Shown: positions 11,036-22,021, counted from the stretch's first letter. The stretch is 64,000 nucleotides of DNA from Nitrosopumilus sp. (GCA_965214775.1 OZ243974.1:960001-1024000); one strand, 5' to 3'. Notes: a model not told the origin generated them from the letters alone. Translations and numbers: made by a program.

Positions 11036-12748
11036 TCAGTACAGGCTGTACAGCCGGGACAGCGACAGCCGGTCTGACGGATTGACGGTCGCAACCTTTC
11101 CGTCCACCCTTACCTCGTATGTCTCAGGATTAACCTCGATCTTCGGGGTAAGGCTGTTGTGAACCATGTCCTTTTTTCCGATATCGCGGCAGTCTTTTAC
11201 GGGGACAAGCCTCTTTTTGACGCTGATCTTGGATTCCAGCCCCTTCTCCAGCGCCAGCCCTGACGTAAACGTAAGCGATGTGGAGTGCCTTGCCTCCCCT
11301 AGGGCGCCAAACATGGGCCGGTAGTAGACCGGCTCCGTGGTGGGAATCGATGCGTTTGGATCCCCCATCAGCGAATATGCCACGAGCCCCCCCTTGATTA
11401 TAAGCTTGGGCTTTATTCCAAAAAACTGCGGCGTCCAGACTATGATGTCTGCCAGCCTTCCAGGCTCAAGGGAGCCGACATGCCCGGAGATTCCGTGGGT
11501 GATTGCGGGATTGACTGTAATCTTTGCAAGGTACCGCTTTACCCGGAGGTTGTCGTTGTCCCCGGTCTCGCCGGCAAGCGGCCCGGTCATCCTCTTCATC
11601 TTGTCTGCAGTCTGCCAGTTTCTTGTCGTAACCTCGCCGACCCTTCCCATGGCCTGGCTGTCCGAGGACATCATGCTTATTGCCCCGATGTCGTGCAGTA
11701 CGTCCTCGGCGGCAATTGTCTCCCCCCTGATTCTTGACTCGGCAAAGGAGACGTCCTCGGGAACCGAGGGGTTGAGGTGGTGGCAGACCATCATCATGTC
11801 AAGGTGCTCTGCCAGCGTGTTGACGGTAAACGGCCTCGTGGGGTTTGTAGACGACGGAAGGACGTTAGCCTCGCCTGCCATCTTCATGATGTCAGGCGCA
11901 TGGCCGCCGCCTGCCCCCTCGGTGTGATAGGTGTGGATCGTTCGGCCGCCGATTGCCTCAATCGTGTCATCCACAAAGCCGCACTCGTTTAGCGTGTCGG
12001 TATGGATGGCAACCTGGGTGTCGGTCTTGTCGGCCACGCGCAGCGCGGAGTCTATTGCAGCAGGAGTTGAGCCCCAGTCCTCGTGCAGCTTCAGGCCGCA
12101 GGCTCCCGCCTCGATCTGCTCGATCAGGGCAGGCTCCTGCGAGTCGTTTCCCTTGCACAGGAACCCAAAGTTGAGGGGAAGCTCTTCTGCTGCCTCGATC
12201 ATCCTGTGGATGTTCCAGGCCCCCGGGGTGCACGTGGTCGCTTTTGTCCCGTCGGCCGGACCCGTGCCGCCGCCGATCATCGTAGTCGTTCCGTTGCAGA
12301 TTGCATCAATGGCCTGCTGCGGCGAGATAAAGTGGACGTGTGAGTCTACTGTCCCCGGGGTGCAGATCGTGTGCTCGCCGGCAATGACCTCGGTGTTTGA
12401 GGAGATTACCATGTCGATTCCGTCCATGACGTTTGGATTTCCCGCGTTTCCAACGCCGGCTATCCTGCCGTCCTTGATTCCAATGTCGCCCTTTACTATT
12501 CCCAGGATTGGATCCAGTACAATCGCGTTGGTGACTACCAGGTCCAGTGAGTTCTCCCTTGTGACGCCGCTTGCCTGGGCCATTCCGTCCCTTGCGCTTT
12601 TTCCGCCGCCAAAGACTGCCTCGTCGCCGTACCTGAGGAGATCCCTTTCGATCTCTATGATTAAATCGGTGTCCCCGAGTCTTATCCTGTCCCCCGTTGT
12701 CGGGCCGAAGAGCTCGACGTATCTCCGCCTTGGAATTGCCAGCGTCAC
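11036..12748 (-). CDS. ureC: urease alpha subunit
   Basis: [36 protein letters not shown]. Confidence 0.98.
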   Translation of the reverse strand: MTLAIPRRRYVELFGPTTGDRIRLGDTDLIIEIERDLLRYGDEAVFGGGKSARDGMAQASGVTRENSLDLVVTNAIVLDPILGIVKGDIGIKDGRIAGVGNAGNPNVMDGIDMVISSNTEVIAGEHTICTPGTVDSHVHFISPQQAIDAICNGTTTMIGGGTGPADGTKATTCTPGAWNIHRMIEAAEELPLNFGFLCKGNDSQEPALIEQIEAGACGLKLHEDWGSTPAAIDSALRVADKTDTQVAIHTDTLNECGFVDDTIEAIGGRTIHTYHTEGAGGGHAPDIMKMAGEANVLPSSTNPTRPFTVNTLAEHLDMMMVCHHLNPSVPEDVSFAESRIRGETIAAEDVLHDIGAISMMSSDSQAMGRVGEVTTRNWQTADKMKRMTGPLAGETGDNDNLRVKRYLAKITVNPAITHGISGHVGSLEPGRLADIIVWTPQFFGIKPKLIIKGGLVAYSLMGDPNASIPTTEPVYYRPMFGALGEARHSTSLTFTSGLALEKGLESKISVKKRLVPVKDCRDIGKKDMVHNSLTPKIEVNPETYEVRVDGKVATVNPSDRLSLSRLYSLY

Positions 12749-13113
12749 AAAGAGACCTCCCTGAATCCCCTCTCCCTTGCCCTTTGAAGCGCCTCCGTCC
12801 TTTTCTCGTCAAGATTCCCGTTGACCAGCCCGCTGAATCCAAAGACGATCCTTTTTCCGCCGTACTCGACAAGATCCACCTCCCTGGAGTCACCCGGCTC
12901 GAATCTTACAGACGTTCCCGCAGGGATGTTGAGATGAAACCCATAGGCCCTTTCCCTTGCAAAGGAGAGCGCCTTGTTTGCCTCAAAAAAGTGCGTGTGC
13001 GAGCCGACCTGGACCGGCCTGTCGCCCGTGTTGGATACACGCAGGGTGACGGTGTTTCTTCCCACGTTGGCAAGGATCTCGCCGTCAGATATCATGTACT
13101 CGCCGGGCCTCAT
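12745..13113 (-). CDS. ureB: urease beta subunit
   Basis: [30 protein letters not shown]. Confidence 0.97.
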   Translation of the reverse strand: MRPGEYMISDGEILANVGRNTVTLRVSNTGDRPVQVGSHTHFFEANKALSFARERAYGFHLNIPAGTSVRFEPGDSREVDLVEYGGKRIVFGFSGLVNGNLDEKRTEALQRARERGFREVSL

Positions 13114-13118
13114 GCATA

Positions 13119-13421
13119 TCACACTATGGGGTCGTGGACCGTGACCAGCTTTGTCCCGTCCTCAAAGGTGGCCTCCACCTGAATTGAATGAATCAGCTCC
13201 GGAACCCCGGGCAGCACGTCATCCTTTGAGAGGACCCTCCTTCCGGAGCTCATAAGGTCGGAGACGGATCTTCCGTCACGCGCCCCCTCCAGGATGTGAT
13301 CCGTGATTAGTGCCACGGCCTCCGGATGGTTTAACTTTAGGCCCCTGTCCTTTCTGCGCCCGGCAAGCTGTGCTGCCAGAAAGACATGCAGCTTGTCCAT
13401 CTCCCGGGGGGTAAGCATCAT
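13119..13421 (-). CDS. ureA: urease gamma subunit
   Basis: LTPREMDKL...LNHPEA...[17 protein letters not shown]. Confidence 0.97.
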   Translation of the reverse strand: MMLTPREMDKLHVFLAAQLAGRRKDRGLKLNHPEAVALITDHILEGARDGRSVSDLMSSGRRVLSKDDVLPGVPELIHSIQVEATFEDGTKLVTVHDPIV

Positions 13422-14020
13422 TGAAGCGACTAGCCGGTCAATGTATTTAATAGTTAAAGGCGGTCTTCACATATGTAACCCGACTCGTGGCGGCGCAGAC
13501 GGTGACGTGCGGATCTGCAGGCAGCCCTGCTTGAACTGTTTCGGGTTTGAGGTCGTTTTGTGGGGAAATTTTGGGAAGGCTGTACGGCATCTCTTCAAAC
13601 GATTCTCAGCTTGAAGACAATCGCGCGCCTGTTCTGTCCCTCGGAGTTTGGTCGCGTATCCATGTAATGAGAGACATATTCCAGCGTGTACCGGTAAACG
13701 AGACGATTGGGCTCTCGCTTTTCGAAATACAGCAGCTTAAAATCTCCGTCTCTTGCATATCTGATGATACTTTTGTTGCCTCTAGCCATCTCTTGGTCTC
13801 CATCCCCCTCTCCATCATACTCCACAACCCCATTCTTTACATCTACGCGATCGTTGTATTTCCGCCCCCAACTCTGATCAGATGGGGAGCTGATCAGGAT
13901 AACAACCTTGTTCTTTATAGACGGGCGTATTCCGCCGGAGTTTTTGACCTTAAATCGCTCGTACAACTGTTTTTCCGTAAACGCCTCTCCGATGCGTGGA
14001 ATGATTGGGTTTCCGGTCAT

Positions 14021-14121
14021 GTCTGGTGCGGCGTTTGATGGTTGTTTGGACTGACCGAACTCACGGAAATGCTGGTCAACCTGATGATCCCTGTCTGGTG
14101 CGGCGTTTGATGGTTGTTTGG
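14021..14121. repeat. 30-bp intragenic direct repeat (SKQPSNAAPD x2) in the PIN-SRA linker
   Basis: gtctggtgcggcgtttgatggttgtttgga occurs twice. Confidence 0.85.
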
Positions 14122-14295
14122 ACCGGATGTTGACTCTGTCGTCTTTAGATGCAACGACATCTTCCCTCATCTTCTTTGGAGGCCTAGCTTTACCATGTTT
14201 ATCCAAAACCCAGTATGCCTCTAACCGATCCTTCGCTGGCATGTTGATTATGGCAGATGCTGGATCATCGCGGTATTCTTTTTGTTTAACATACC

Positions 14296-15780
14296 AGACT
14301 TTATGCGTAATTGGAAAATCTGATCTAAAAATACAACACAACAGATCATGGTTTGCATACCTACAACCATAAAGATCAGTAATGGTTCTCTAACGGTATG
14401 GGTTCAGATGTCGAGCTTGTCCAAACACTGCAAGAGCAAAACAAGAGTTTGGTAGAGCAAAACGAGCATCTGAAGAGCAGGCTTGCGTTTGAGGACTCGT
14501 TGTGGCAGTCCGAAGAAAACAAGACAAAAAGAGTCGTGCGCGGCGGGACGCCTCTGCGGATGCACGCAATCGAGGTTGCAGACGGCATAATCGGCGATCC
14601 GGTGCGCCTTCGCAACGTCACGGGATGCACAAAGGAGTCATTTACGATCATACTGGAGCGCTTTACGGAAGAAGTCATGGACGACGAGGACAGACCCCTG
14701 TTCTGGGAGGACGACGTAAGAGGCGGCGATGCCGGAAACCGGTGCAAGCTGTACATCAGGCACGCGCTGCTTGCAGTACTCATGAGCATAAGGACCAAGG
14801 CAACGCAGCATCATCTGGCCGCAACGTTTGACGTCGACCAGTCCACAATGTCCAGGTACCTCCGGTACGGTGCCGTGTTACTGCGCCAGCTCCTGCCTGC
14901 CTCCGAAAAGCTAACAAGCATCATCTGCAAGACCCCGGCAGGCAAGCTGGAGGAGGTGCTGATCCCAAAAAAGACGCTCCTGATTGACGGTACCCTGACT
15001 CCGGTAGACAGGCCCGGGGACAGGACCGCAAGAAAGACCAGATATTCGGGAAGAAAAAAGCGGCACATGTTCAACACGATAATTACCTCGAACCTGGACG
15101 GCCTCATACTGCACTGCGGCAAGACTGTGGACGGAAGCGTCAACGACAAGGGCGTGATGAACGCAGGGGGCGGCCCGGACTTTGGAAGGCACACCGGATC
15201 AATGAGGAATGCAAAAAACGCAGACGATCCGGAAGAGGCGTTTGTCGTTTTCAGCGACCTGGGATTTGAGGGCATTCAAAAGATGCTTCCGGGCGCCATA
15301 CACAGGCAGCCCCCAAAGAAGCCCAGGGACGGGGATCTTACTGCAACGCAAAAGAGGCGCCGCAAGCAGATAAGCAGGGTCCGCGTCAGGGTGGAGCACC
15401 ACATAGGGCGGCTCAAAAGATATGGCATTCTTACCATGCCGTTTGGCGGAACTGCCAAGGATCTAAACTATTTCATGCAGATAATCACGGGTCTTGAGAA
15501 CCTCAAGACGATGTTGAAAAGGAAAAAACACTATGGCCAGCTGCTGCAGCAGCTGCATCTGCTGCCAGACACATGACATACGGCGGTACGGACCGCCATT
15601 CTTTCTGACTTGTCAACGGGGCACATTGCCGTGCTGCATGGTTGCGCACGTTCTTTTGGCGCAACTGGCTTTTATGTGCGTCATGACACGAGATGCATGC
15701 GGTAATTTGATCCGATCAGCGCATTTGCGTTTGGAAAAGCCTACGGAATTTTTAATCACGGTCGATTACGCATAAAGTCT
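14296..15780 (+). mobile_element. IS5/ISL2-like IS, copy 1
   Basis: TIR AGACTTTATGCGTAAT...ATTACGCATAAAGTCT; TSD ACC (14293-95 and 15781-83). Confidence 0.92.
14398..15576 (+). CDS. DDE transposase (HTH + DDE_Tnp_4-like)
   Basis: LIDGT, YSGRKKRH, SDLGFEG, RVRVEHHIGRLK. Confidence 0.9.
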   Translation: MGSDVELVQTLQEQNKSLVEQNEHLKSRLAFEDSLWQSEENKTKRVVRGGTPLRMHAIEVADGIIGDPVRLRNVTGCTKESFTIILERFTEEVMDDEDRPLFWEDDVRGGDAGNRCKLYIRHALLAVLMSIRTKATQHHLAATFDVDQSTMSRYLRYGAVLLRQLLPASEKLTSIICKTPAGKLEEVLIPKKTLLIDGTLTPVDRPGDRTARKTRYSGRKKRHMFNTIITSNLDGLILHCGKTVDGSVNDKGVMNAGGGPDFGRHTGSMRNAKNADDPEEAFVVFSDLGFEGIQKMLPGAIHRQPPKKPRDGDLTATQKRRRKQISRVRVRVEHHIGRLKRYGILTMPFGGTAKDLNYFMQIITGLENLKTMLKRKKHYGQLLQQLHLLPDT

Positions 15781-16437
15781 ACCAGTCTCCATTGAGTATG
15801 TGTACGTTAAACCTCTTCCGTATCTCACCTGAGAAAGCGATAAAATCTATGTCGAACGTAAACAACACGACATCGTAATTCTTTGCTCGCTCTGCAAGAT
15901 ATATGGCTCTGGCCAGTATTTGGATGTCACGTGTGGCATCCTCTTTTGATATGCTAATGGAATGTGGATACTCGGGGTCTCTCCTATGCTTTATCATGTT
16001 CCATCTCCTTCTTTGTTGGGCAAATTTGTCATCACCATTTATGAAATCATACATTTCTACTACCCGATCTTCCAGCGCATTCTGTTCCTCTTCTGGGATC
16101 GTGGATTCATTTGATTCGGTGTTGGACACATTATCGGTGCACTGCTTGTGCTTGGAATCCAACACGGGGTTCAAGTGTTTTTTTTTTGGCAACACTCTCG
16201 TACTCTTTCATGACGTTTCTCATTATGAAAAATCTTGGATCGTTGTTAAAAAACGAGGCCACTGCACGATGACGATCATCATTTACATCACGATATATCT
16301 TACAAACGTTGGTTTCTGGCAGCAGAACAATGTCGTGGTTTAAGGTCGGGCCACGAGTATTTTTACTGCTCATCGTCATTGTAACAAAACACCTCTCAAA
16401 TATAACACGTTGTATCATCCTGGTTCTGGGATCTGTT

Positions 16438-16547
16438 GTAACTGATCGGGTTCTGGAAGCCGTTTCTGGTTTTGGGCGCGAATCTACCAAGAGGGCCTCC
16501 GAGATGGCAAAGCTCACTCCTTGAGATCACGGTTCTGGACAACGCCG
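16438..16547. mobile_element. C-family MITE, truncated
   Basis: GTAACTGATCGGGTTCTGGAAGC end similar to those at 41584 and 50442. Confidence 0.6.
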
Positions 16548-16550
16548 ACT

Positions 16551-18085
16551 AGACTTTATGCGTAATCGACCGTGATTAAAAATTCCGTAGGCTTTTCCAA
16601 ACGCAAATGCGCTGATCGGATCAAATTACCGCATGCATCTCGTGTCATGACGCACATAAAAGCCAGTTGCGCCAAAAGAACGTGCGCAACCATGCAGCAC
16701 GGCAATGTGCCCCGTTGACAAGTCAGAAAGAATGGCGGTCCGTACCGCCGTATGTCATGTGTCTGGCAGCAGATGCAGCTGCTGCAGCAGCTGGCCATAG
16801 TGTTTTTTCCTTTTCAACATCGTCTTGAGGTTCTCAAGACCCGTGATTATCTGCATGAAATAGTTTAGATCCTTGGCAGTTCCGCCAAACGGCATGGTAA
16901 GAATGCCATATCTTTTGAGCCGCCCTATGTGGTGCTCCACCCTGACGCGGACCCTGCTTATCTGCTTGCGGCGCCTCTTTTGCGTTGCAGTAAGATCCCC
17001 GTCCCTGGGCTTCTTTGGGGGCTGCCTGTGTATGGCGCCCGGAAGCATCTTTTGAATGCCCTCAAATCCCAGGTCGCTGAAAACGACAAACGCCTCTTCC
17101 GGATCGTCTGCGTTTTTTGCATTCCTCATTGATCCGGTGTGCCTTCCAAAGTCCGGGCCGCCCCCTGCGTTCATCACGCCCTTGTCGTTGACGCTTCCGT
17201 CCACAGTCTTGCCGCAGTGCAGTATGAGGCCGTCCAGGTTCGAGGTAATTATCGTGTTGAACATGTGCCGCTTTTTTCTTCCCGAATATCTGGTCTTTCT
17301 TGCGGTCCTGTCCCCGGGCCTGTCTACCGGAGTCAGGGTGCCGTCAATCAGGAGCGTCTTTTTTGGGATCAGCACCTCCTCCAGCTTGCCTGCCGGGGTC
17401 TTGCAGATGATGCTTGTTAGCTTTTCGGAGGCAGGCAGGAGCTGGCGCAGTAACACGGCACCGTACCGGAGGTACCTGGACATTGTGGACTGGTCGACGT
17501 CAAACGTTGCGGCCAGATGATGCTGCGTTGCCTTGGTCCTTATGCTCATGAGTACTGCAAGCAGCGCGTGCCTGATGTACAGCTTGCACCGGTTTCCGGC
17601 ATCGCCGCCTCTTACGTCGTCCTCCCAGAACAGGGGTCTGTCCTCGTCGTCCATGACTTCTTCCGTAAAGCGCTCCAGTATGATCGTAAATGACTCCTTT
17701 GTGCATCCCGTGACGTTGCGAAGGCGCACCGGATCGCCGATTATGCCGTCTGCAACCTCGATTGCGTGCATCCGCAGAGGCGTCCCGCCGCGCACGACTC
17801 TTTTTGTCTTGTTTTCTTCGGACTGCCACAACGAGTCCTCAAACGCAAGCTGCTTCCTCATACGCTCGTTTTGCTTGGACATCTGTTTGTTTTGCTTGGA
17901 TACCTGCTCGTGTTGCTCGACTAGCATCTCGTGTTGCGCTTGTAACGCTTGAAATGCTTGGAGAGTCTTGTCATTTGAGCCCATACAGTTAGGGAATCAT
18001 ACAGATCTTTAGGGTTGTTGGTGTGCAAATAATGATCTATTGTGTCGTATTTTTAGATCAGATGGGCCGATTACGCATAAAGTCT
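16551..18085 (-). mobile_element. IS5/ISL2-like IS, copy 2 (inverted relative to copy 1)
   Basis: Same TIRs; TSD ACT (16548-50 and 18086-88). Confidence 0.92.
16755..17984 (-). CDS. DDE transposase
   Basis: Protein identical to copy 1 from AFEDSLWQ onward; different N-terminus. Confidence 0.9.
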   Translation of the reverse strand: MGSNDKTLQAFQALQAQHEMLVEQHEQVSKQNKQMSKQNERMRKQLAFEDSLWQSEENKTKRVVRGGTPLRMHAIEVADGIIGDPVRLRNVTGCTKESFTIILERFTEEVMDDEDRPLFWEDDVRGGDAGNRCKLYIRHALLAVLMSIRTKATQHHLAATFDVDQSTMSRYLRYGAVLLRQLLPASEKLTSIICKTPAGKLEEVLIPKKTLLIDGTLTPVDRPGDRTARKTRYSGRKKRHMFNTIITSNLDGLILHCGKTVDGSVNDKGVMNAGGGPDFGRHTGSMRNAKNADDPEEAFVVFSDLGFEGIQKMLPGAIHRQPPKKPRDGDLTATQKRRRKQISRVRVRVEHHIGRLKRYGILTMPFGGTAKDLNYFMQIITGLENLKTMLKRKKHYGQLLQQLHLLPDT

Positions 18086-18089
18086 ACTA

Positions 18090-18178
18090 TAGTGACGATT
18101 AAAAGTTTTTGAGCACACATGGGTGTAAACTACACAGGAAGACACTTTTTGGTGATCAAAGACTTTCAGTCGCCACTA
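18090..18178. mobile_element. B-family MITE (TA target)
   Basis: Imperfect TIR TAGTGACGATTAAAAGTTTTTGA / TCAAAGACTTTCAGTCGCCACTA. Confidence 0.7.
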
Positions 18179-18257
18179 TAGCAACGAGCAGAAATAATTG
18201 AGGTTTTTTACGCGTAGTTATGACCTGCTTTGACTCAAAGACTTCTGCCCGTTGCCA
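18179..18257. mobile_element. A-family MITE (79 bp, TA TSD) in the terminal TA of the B MITE
   Basis: TAGCAACGAGCAGAA...CCCGTTGCCA; one of five copies. Confidence 0.85.
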
Positions 18258-18607
18258 TATAGAGTCAAAAATTCCTGAAATTTTAGATGCTGTTTGATTA
18301 TCCTAGTTCTAATATTTGATCATACAGATATGCCTGGACGGGAAACATGTTTTTAATAATTTTTCCTTGCTCGGATTTTTCCCATGTTTTCCAACAATTT
18401 TATGTAACTCCTTAGTTTCTTCTGATCCTTCCAATTTCGATATCCTGTTTCTTTCAGTTATTATCTCGTTAGTTTTGCTGTTGATATCTTCTATGTTTTT
18501 CTCTTTTTTGAAATATTTTTGTATCAGGACACTCATGATCTTCAAAAATAAAATATCAGACACATGCGTATATTCCTTGTACGTTGTACCCCTCTGACAT
18601 GCTGACG

Positions 18608-19741
18608 TAGTATCTACGTCAGCCATTTGTTCATCTTTACCACCTTTATCTCGCCCCTGCGCGTCATACTGCGCAGTGATCTCTGCATCTCCTTGACGGT
18701 CTTGTAAAGGCAGTTTGAAGTCGCCTTTTTGAACCCGCGCCACTGCCCCTCCGAGTTGTTAAGCTCCGGCGCGTACGGCGGCAGGTACTTTAGCACCACG
18801 TCCCCGTTCCACTTGGCCATCTTTCTATTGAGTTCTGCTGACTTGTGGTACGATGCGTTGTCGACAAACAACAACACCTTGCCGTACTTGCGGCGCAGTG
18901 TCCTGAGAAACTTGTAGAACGTTCCCGTGTTGGCCTTTTCGTAAAAGCGATAGTCAAACCTGTTTCTTGAGAGGGCCCCTATGACATAGAACCGCTTCCT
19001 AGACAGGCTGACGGGCGTATAGACCGGCTCTCCTACGGGGTACCAGCTGTTCTTGACGTTCCATCCCAGTATGAACATGGACTCGTCGCCTATCATTACC
19101 GTGTACCCCTTTTTTGAATAGTACTTTGCGCTCTGCCTAGCTTTTTTTTGAACTCCTTTTTCTCGGATTCTGAGGCTGATTTTGGGTGTTTTGGCCTGGG
19201 CTTTCTGCATGAGAAGCCGATTCTGTGCAGCAGGTCGTACATGCTCGTTTCTGCATACGTGATGCCGAACTTCTTTTTGACGTGGGCAATGACCAGCGGC
19301 CCTGTCCATGTTGTGGCCTTAAAGCCGCAGTTGTCCGGGCCCTTGATCAGGTCTGCGCGCAGCCGTTCAAGCTGTTTCTTGTCGAGCCTGCACGGGGCGC
19401 CATGCTTTATGTCAAACCTGCCCTCCAGGCCATGCTTGTGCGCACGCACCAGCCAGTATCGTACGGTTCCATACGGCCTGCTCAGCTTCTCGGCAATATC
19501 ATATATGCTCGCGCCGCACTTTCTCATGTGGTATGCAAGGAGCCGGATTGCCGCCTTGGCGTCCTTCTCGGACTTGTGCATCCTAAAAAGCTCGTCCTTG
19601 CTTGCTATCCCGTACAGGAACGCTGTTCCCGTCGGTAATTCCTTCTTTCCTTTCATGTGTATATATGGGACTAATAGCTCTTAGATCCTTTGGTTGAAAA
19701 AAATTGTCCTTTTTGTGATCAATTGGTAGCCGAGGATACTA
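18608..19741 (-). mobile_element. IS630-family IS
   Basis: Imperfect TIRs TAGTATC...GATACTA with TA at both ends; two-ORF transposase. Confidence 0.8.
18614..19656 (-). CDS. IS630 transposase, two ORFs joined by a probable -1 frameshift
   Basis: HTH ORF 19096..19656; DDE ORF with GDES, VDNASYH, LPPYAPELNNSE; A-run (AAAAAAAAG) at EFKKK near 19141-19149. Confidence 0.85.
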
Positions 19742-20052
19742 CGCACGAGGAGAGCATGTTTCTTCCGCCATCTGCAACATGTTCATATGTGTGCGGGTTG
19801 TTCTCAAGATCGCGGCACTGTCTGGATTTTTGTTTTGTCAACGAAAACCACGGGGCCGCACAGTAATTGATCTGTTTGCAACTGCCGGTTTTGTCAGGAT
19901 GGTCTGATTCCTTGGTCTTCTGCCTGACCGGGGTACTTTTCACTTGGCTGTATTCTTCAAAAAATTTTTACGAGTAAAAATTGATCAAATGTGAACAAAA
20001 AGGCCAAACCGAGATCTGAGGAGCTGTTAAATAGCAGATTTTTCTGATAATT

Positions 20053-20613
20053 TTGAGGAATTTGCGATCGTTGGATGTATATGACACTATTTACTTAACT
20101 TTGGCCGCCAATGGCAATACAATAAGAGGACGAACCACTATTCACAAACTAATCTATTTTGAATTGCAAAAAATTCCTGAGCTAGACATAGAGCCACACA
20201 TTGCGTATTTTTATGGCCCGTTTAACATCCAGGTTGCACAGGGGTTGGAGACATTAGTTCATTTAGGCGCCCTAGATGAACGAAGATCACGTAAAGACAG
20301 CTCTTATGAATACACAATATTGGATGAAAGAACTCCCACATACAAACGATTAATCAAAGATAACAAAGAAATTTATGAAAAAATCAAAGATATTGTCCAA
20401 ACGTGTTCTGATTACTGTAACTTGAATGTAAATTCACTTTCTTTTGCTGCCAAGGTGCATTACATGCTGTCTAAACAAGAGCGCAAAAAGGGAATGACAG
20501 AAAAAGAAGCCAGTGACATGGCAAGCAAATTCGGTTGGGATATTACAGAAAAAGATGTTAAATCTGGTGCTGAATTATTACGAGAGCTCAACCTTGTCAA
20601 AATTAAACGATAA
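20053..20613 (+). CDS. YwgA/SocA(Panacea)-like winged-helix protein
   Basis: GRTTIHKLIYF...YGPF motif; overlaps the downstream HD gene. Confidence 0.7.
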   Translation: MRNLRSLDVYDTIYLTLAANGNTIRGRTTIHKLIYFELQKIPELDIEPHIAYFYGPFNIQVAQGLETLVHLGALDERRSRKDSSYEYTILDERTPTYKRLIKDNKEIYEKIKDIVQTCSDYCNLNVNSLSFAAKVHYMLSKQERKKGMTEKEASDMASKFGWDITEKDVKSGAELLRELNLVKIKR

Positions 20614-21979
20614 AAACTATTTTCGACATAAATCAATCAGAGATCCCCTCTATGGATTTATCAATTTATCTAAAAAGGAAATTGAATTAGTTGATTCTCC
20701 TAGTTTTCGACGATTATAGCAACGAGCAGAAATAATTGAGGTTTTTTACGCGTAGTTATGACCTACTTTGACTCAAAGACTTATGCCCGTTGCTATACAA
20801 AACATCAAACAGCTTTCACATGCATATGTAGTATATCCCTCTGCCACTCATACTAGATTTGAACATTCTTTGGGATCCGTTCATATTGCCAATAGAATGT
20901 GCGAACAGTTGGACTTTGACAGTGAGAGGAAAGAACTTGTCAGACAATCCATGTTGCTGCACGATATTGGTCACGGTCCTTTTTCCCACTTGTTTGAACA
21001 CGTTCTTTCTCACATTAACGGAAGCAAATTTGATCATGAGGATATTACCTCATGGATTATTGGCGAGGATCCAGATATCAAATCAATAGTAGGTTCCAAC
21101 AGAGAAAAAATCATTAAAATTTTAAAAAAAGATGATCGTACAAAAGACTGGGAAGATAAAGGCTATTCATTAAACTCAGATATTGTTTCAAGTGGTTTAG
21201 ATGCGGACAAGCTGGACTATCTGCGAAGAGACTCTTATCATATTGGAGCAACATATGGACAGTTTGATTTAGAACGAATCATTCTTACATTGAGACAGAC
21301 TCCAACAGGAAATCGTATTTGTGTAGATCAGAAGGGTAAGGATGCCATTGAAAATTATAGATTGGGAAGATATTTGATGCATGCTCAAGTATACGAACAT
21401 CATGCACGTGTAGCAGCCGATCAAATGTTTCTCAAAGCACTAAAGTTTGCCACAGATGATGAAATTATTGATAAAAAGACACTAACCACTTCCAAATCTT
21501 GCTCTCATAAAAAATTCTTGGACTATTATTTGAAATTAGACGATCGTGGAATTTACCAAATGATTCTTGAGAAAGGAAAATCCAGATCTGCAAAAATTCT
21601 TAACGCGATAAAGTGTAGAAAGTTGCTTAAACGGGCATGTGACTATACATTAGGATCAAAGGAAGACTATGAAGCAAGTGAAAAAATTTTAAGATTGGAT
21701 GGTGAAAAATTTGCAAATGAGCTTGCTGCTGCAACCAAAATAAACCCTGCAGACGTTATTGTTAAAGTATCCAAAATCACGATTAAATTATATGATAAGG
21801 GGGATATTTTGGTTTTACAGAAACGCATTCCATTAGATTTGAATGGCTTGTCCCCAATCTCCTCTGAGAACTCTATCACAAAGCTAATCATATTTGGTCC
21901 TAGAGATGACAAACAGCGAAAAAAACTAACAAAGGAAGTTTCAAATTACCTAAAAATCCCCATGAAAAACATCATATGA
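20594..21979 (+). pseudogene. HD-domain phosphohydrolase (YwfO/SAMHD1-like) interrupted by an A-family MITE
   Basis: IRDPLYG...FRRL|QNIKQL...HTRFEHSLG...LLHDIGHGPFSH...DADKLDYLRRD; 81-bp insertion carrying in-frame stops. Confidence 0.9.
20717..20795. mobile_element. A-family MITE
   Basis: TA|TAGCAACG...CGTTGCTA|TA; empty site reads CGA TTA CAA. Confidence 0.92.
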
Positions 21980-22021
21980 ATGCCTGCCCCACTCGCAATT
22001 TCTGCAAATTTGGCAAAAATA

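Larger units (their letters stand above)
13595..16379 (-). pseudogene. PIN-domain + SRA-domain fusion, split by an IS (14296-15780) and a +1 frameshift in an A10 tract
   Basis: Removing the IS and one TSD copy joins HILNGDW to YVKQKEY; A10 to A9 at 16178-16187 joins ESVAKKK to HLNPV; the total is 1296 nt, a multiple of 3. Confidence 0.8.

Noticed and set aside
8765-13182. Long plus-strand ORFs opposite DUR3 and urease, and similar shadow ORFs elsewhere
   Set aside because: Antisense shadows of GC-rich genes with no motifs.
14296-18085. Composite transposon formed by the two inverted IS copies
   Set aside because: Each copy has its own TSD (ACC, ACT), and the enclosed DNA continues the gene outside copy 1.
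18309-19943. A gene interrupted by the IS630 element
   Set aside because: Rejoining the flanks at the TA gives no convincing long ORF.
20715-20797. In-frame insertion as an archaeal mRNA intron
   Set aside because: The junctions do not form a bulge-helix-bulge; the TA duplication and four intergenic copies identify it as a MITE.
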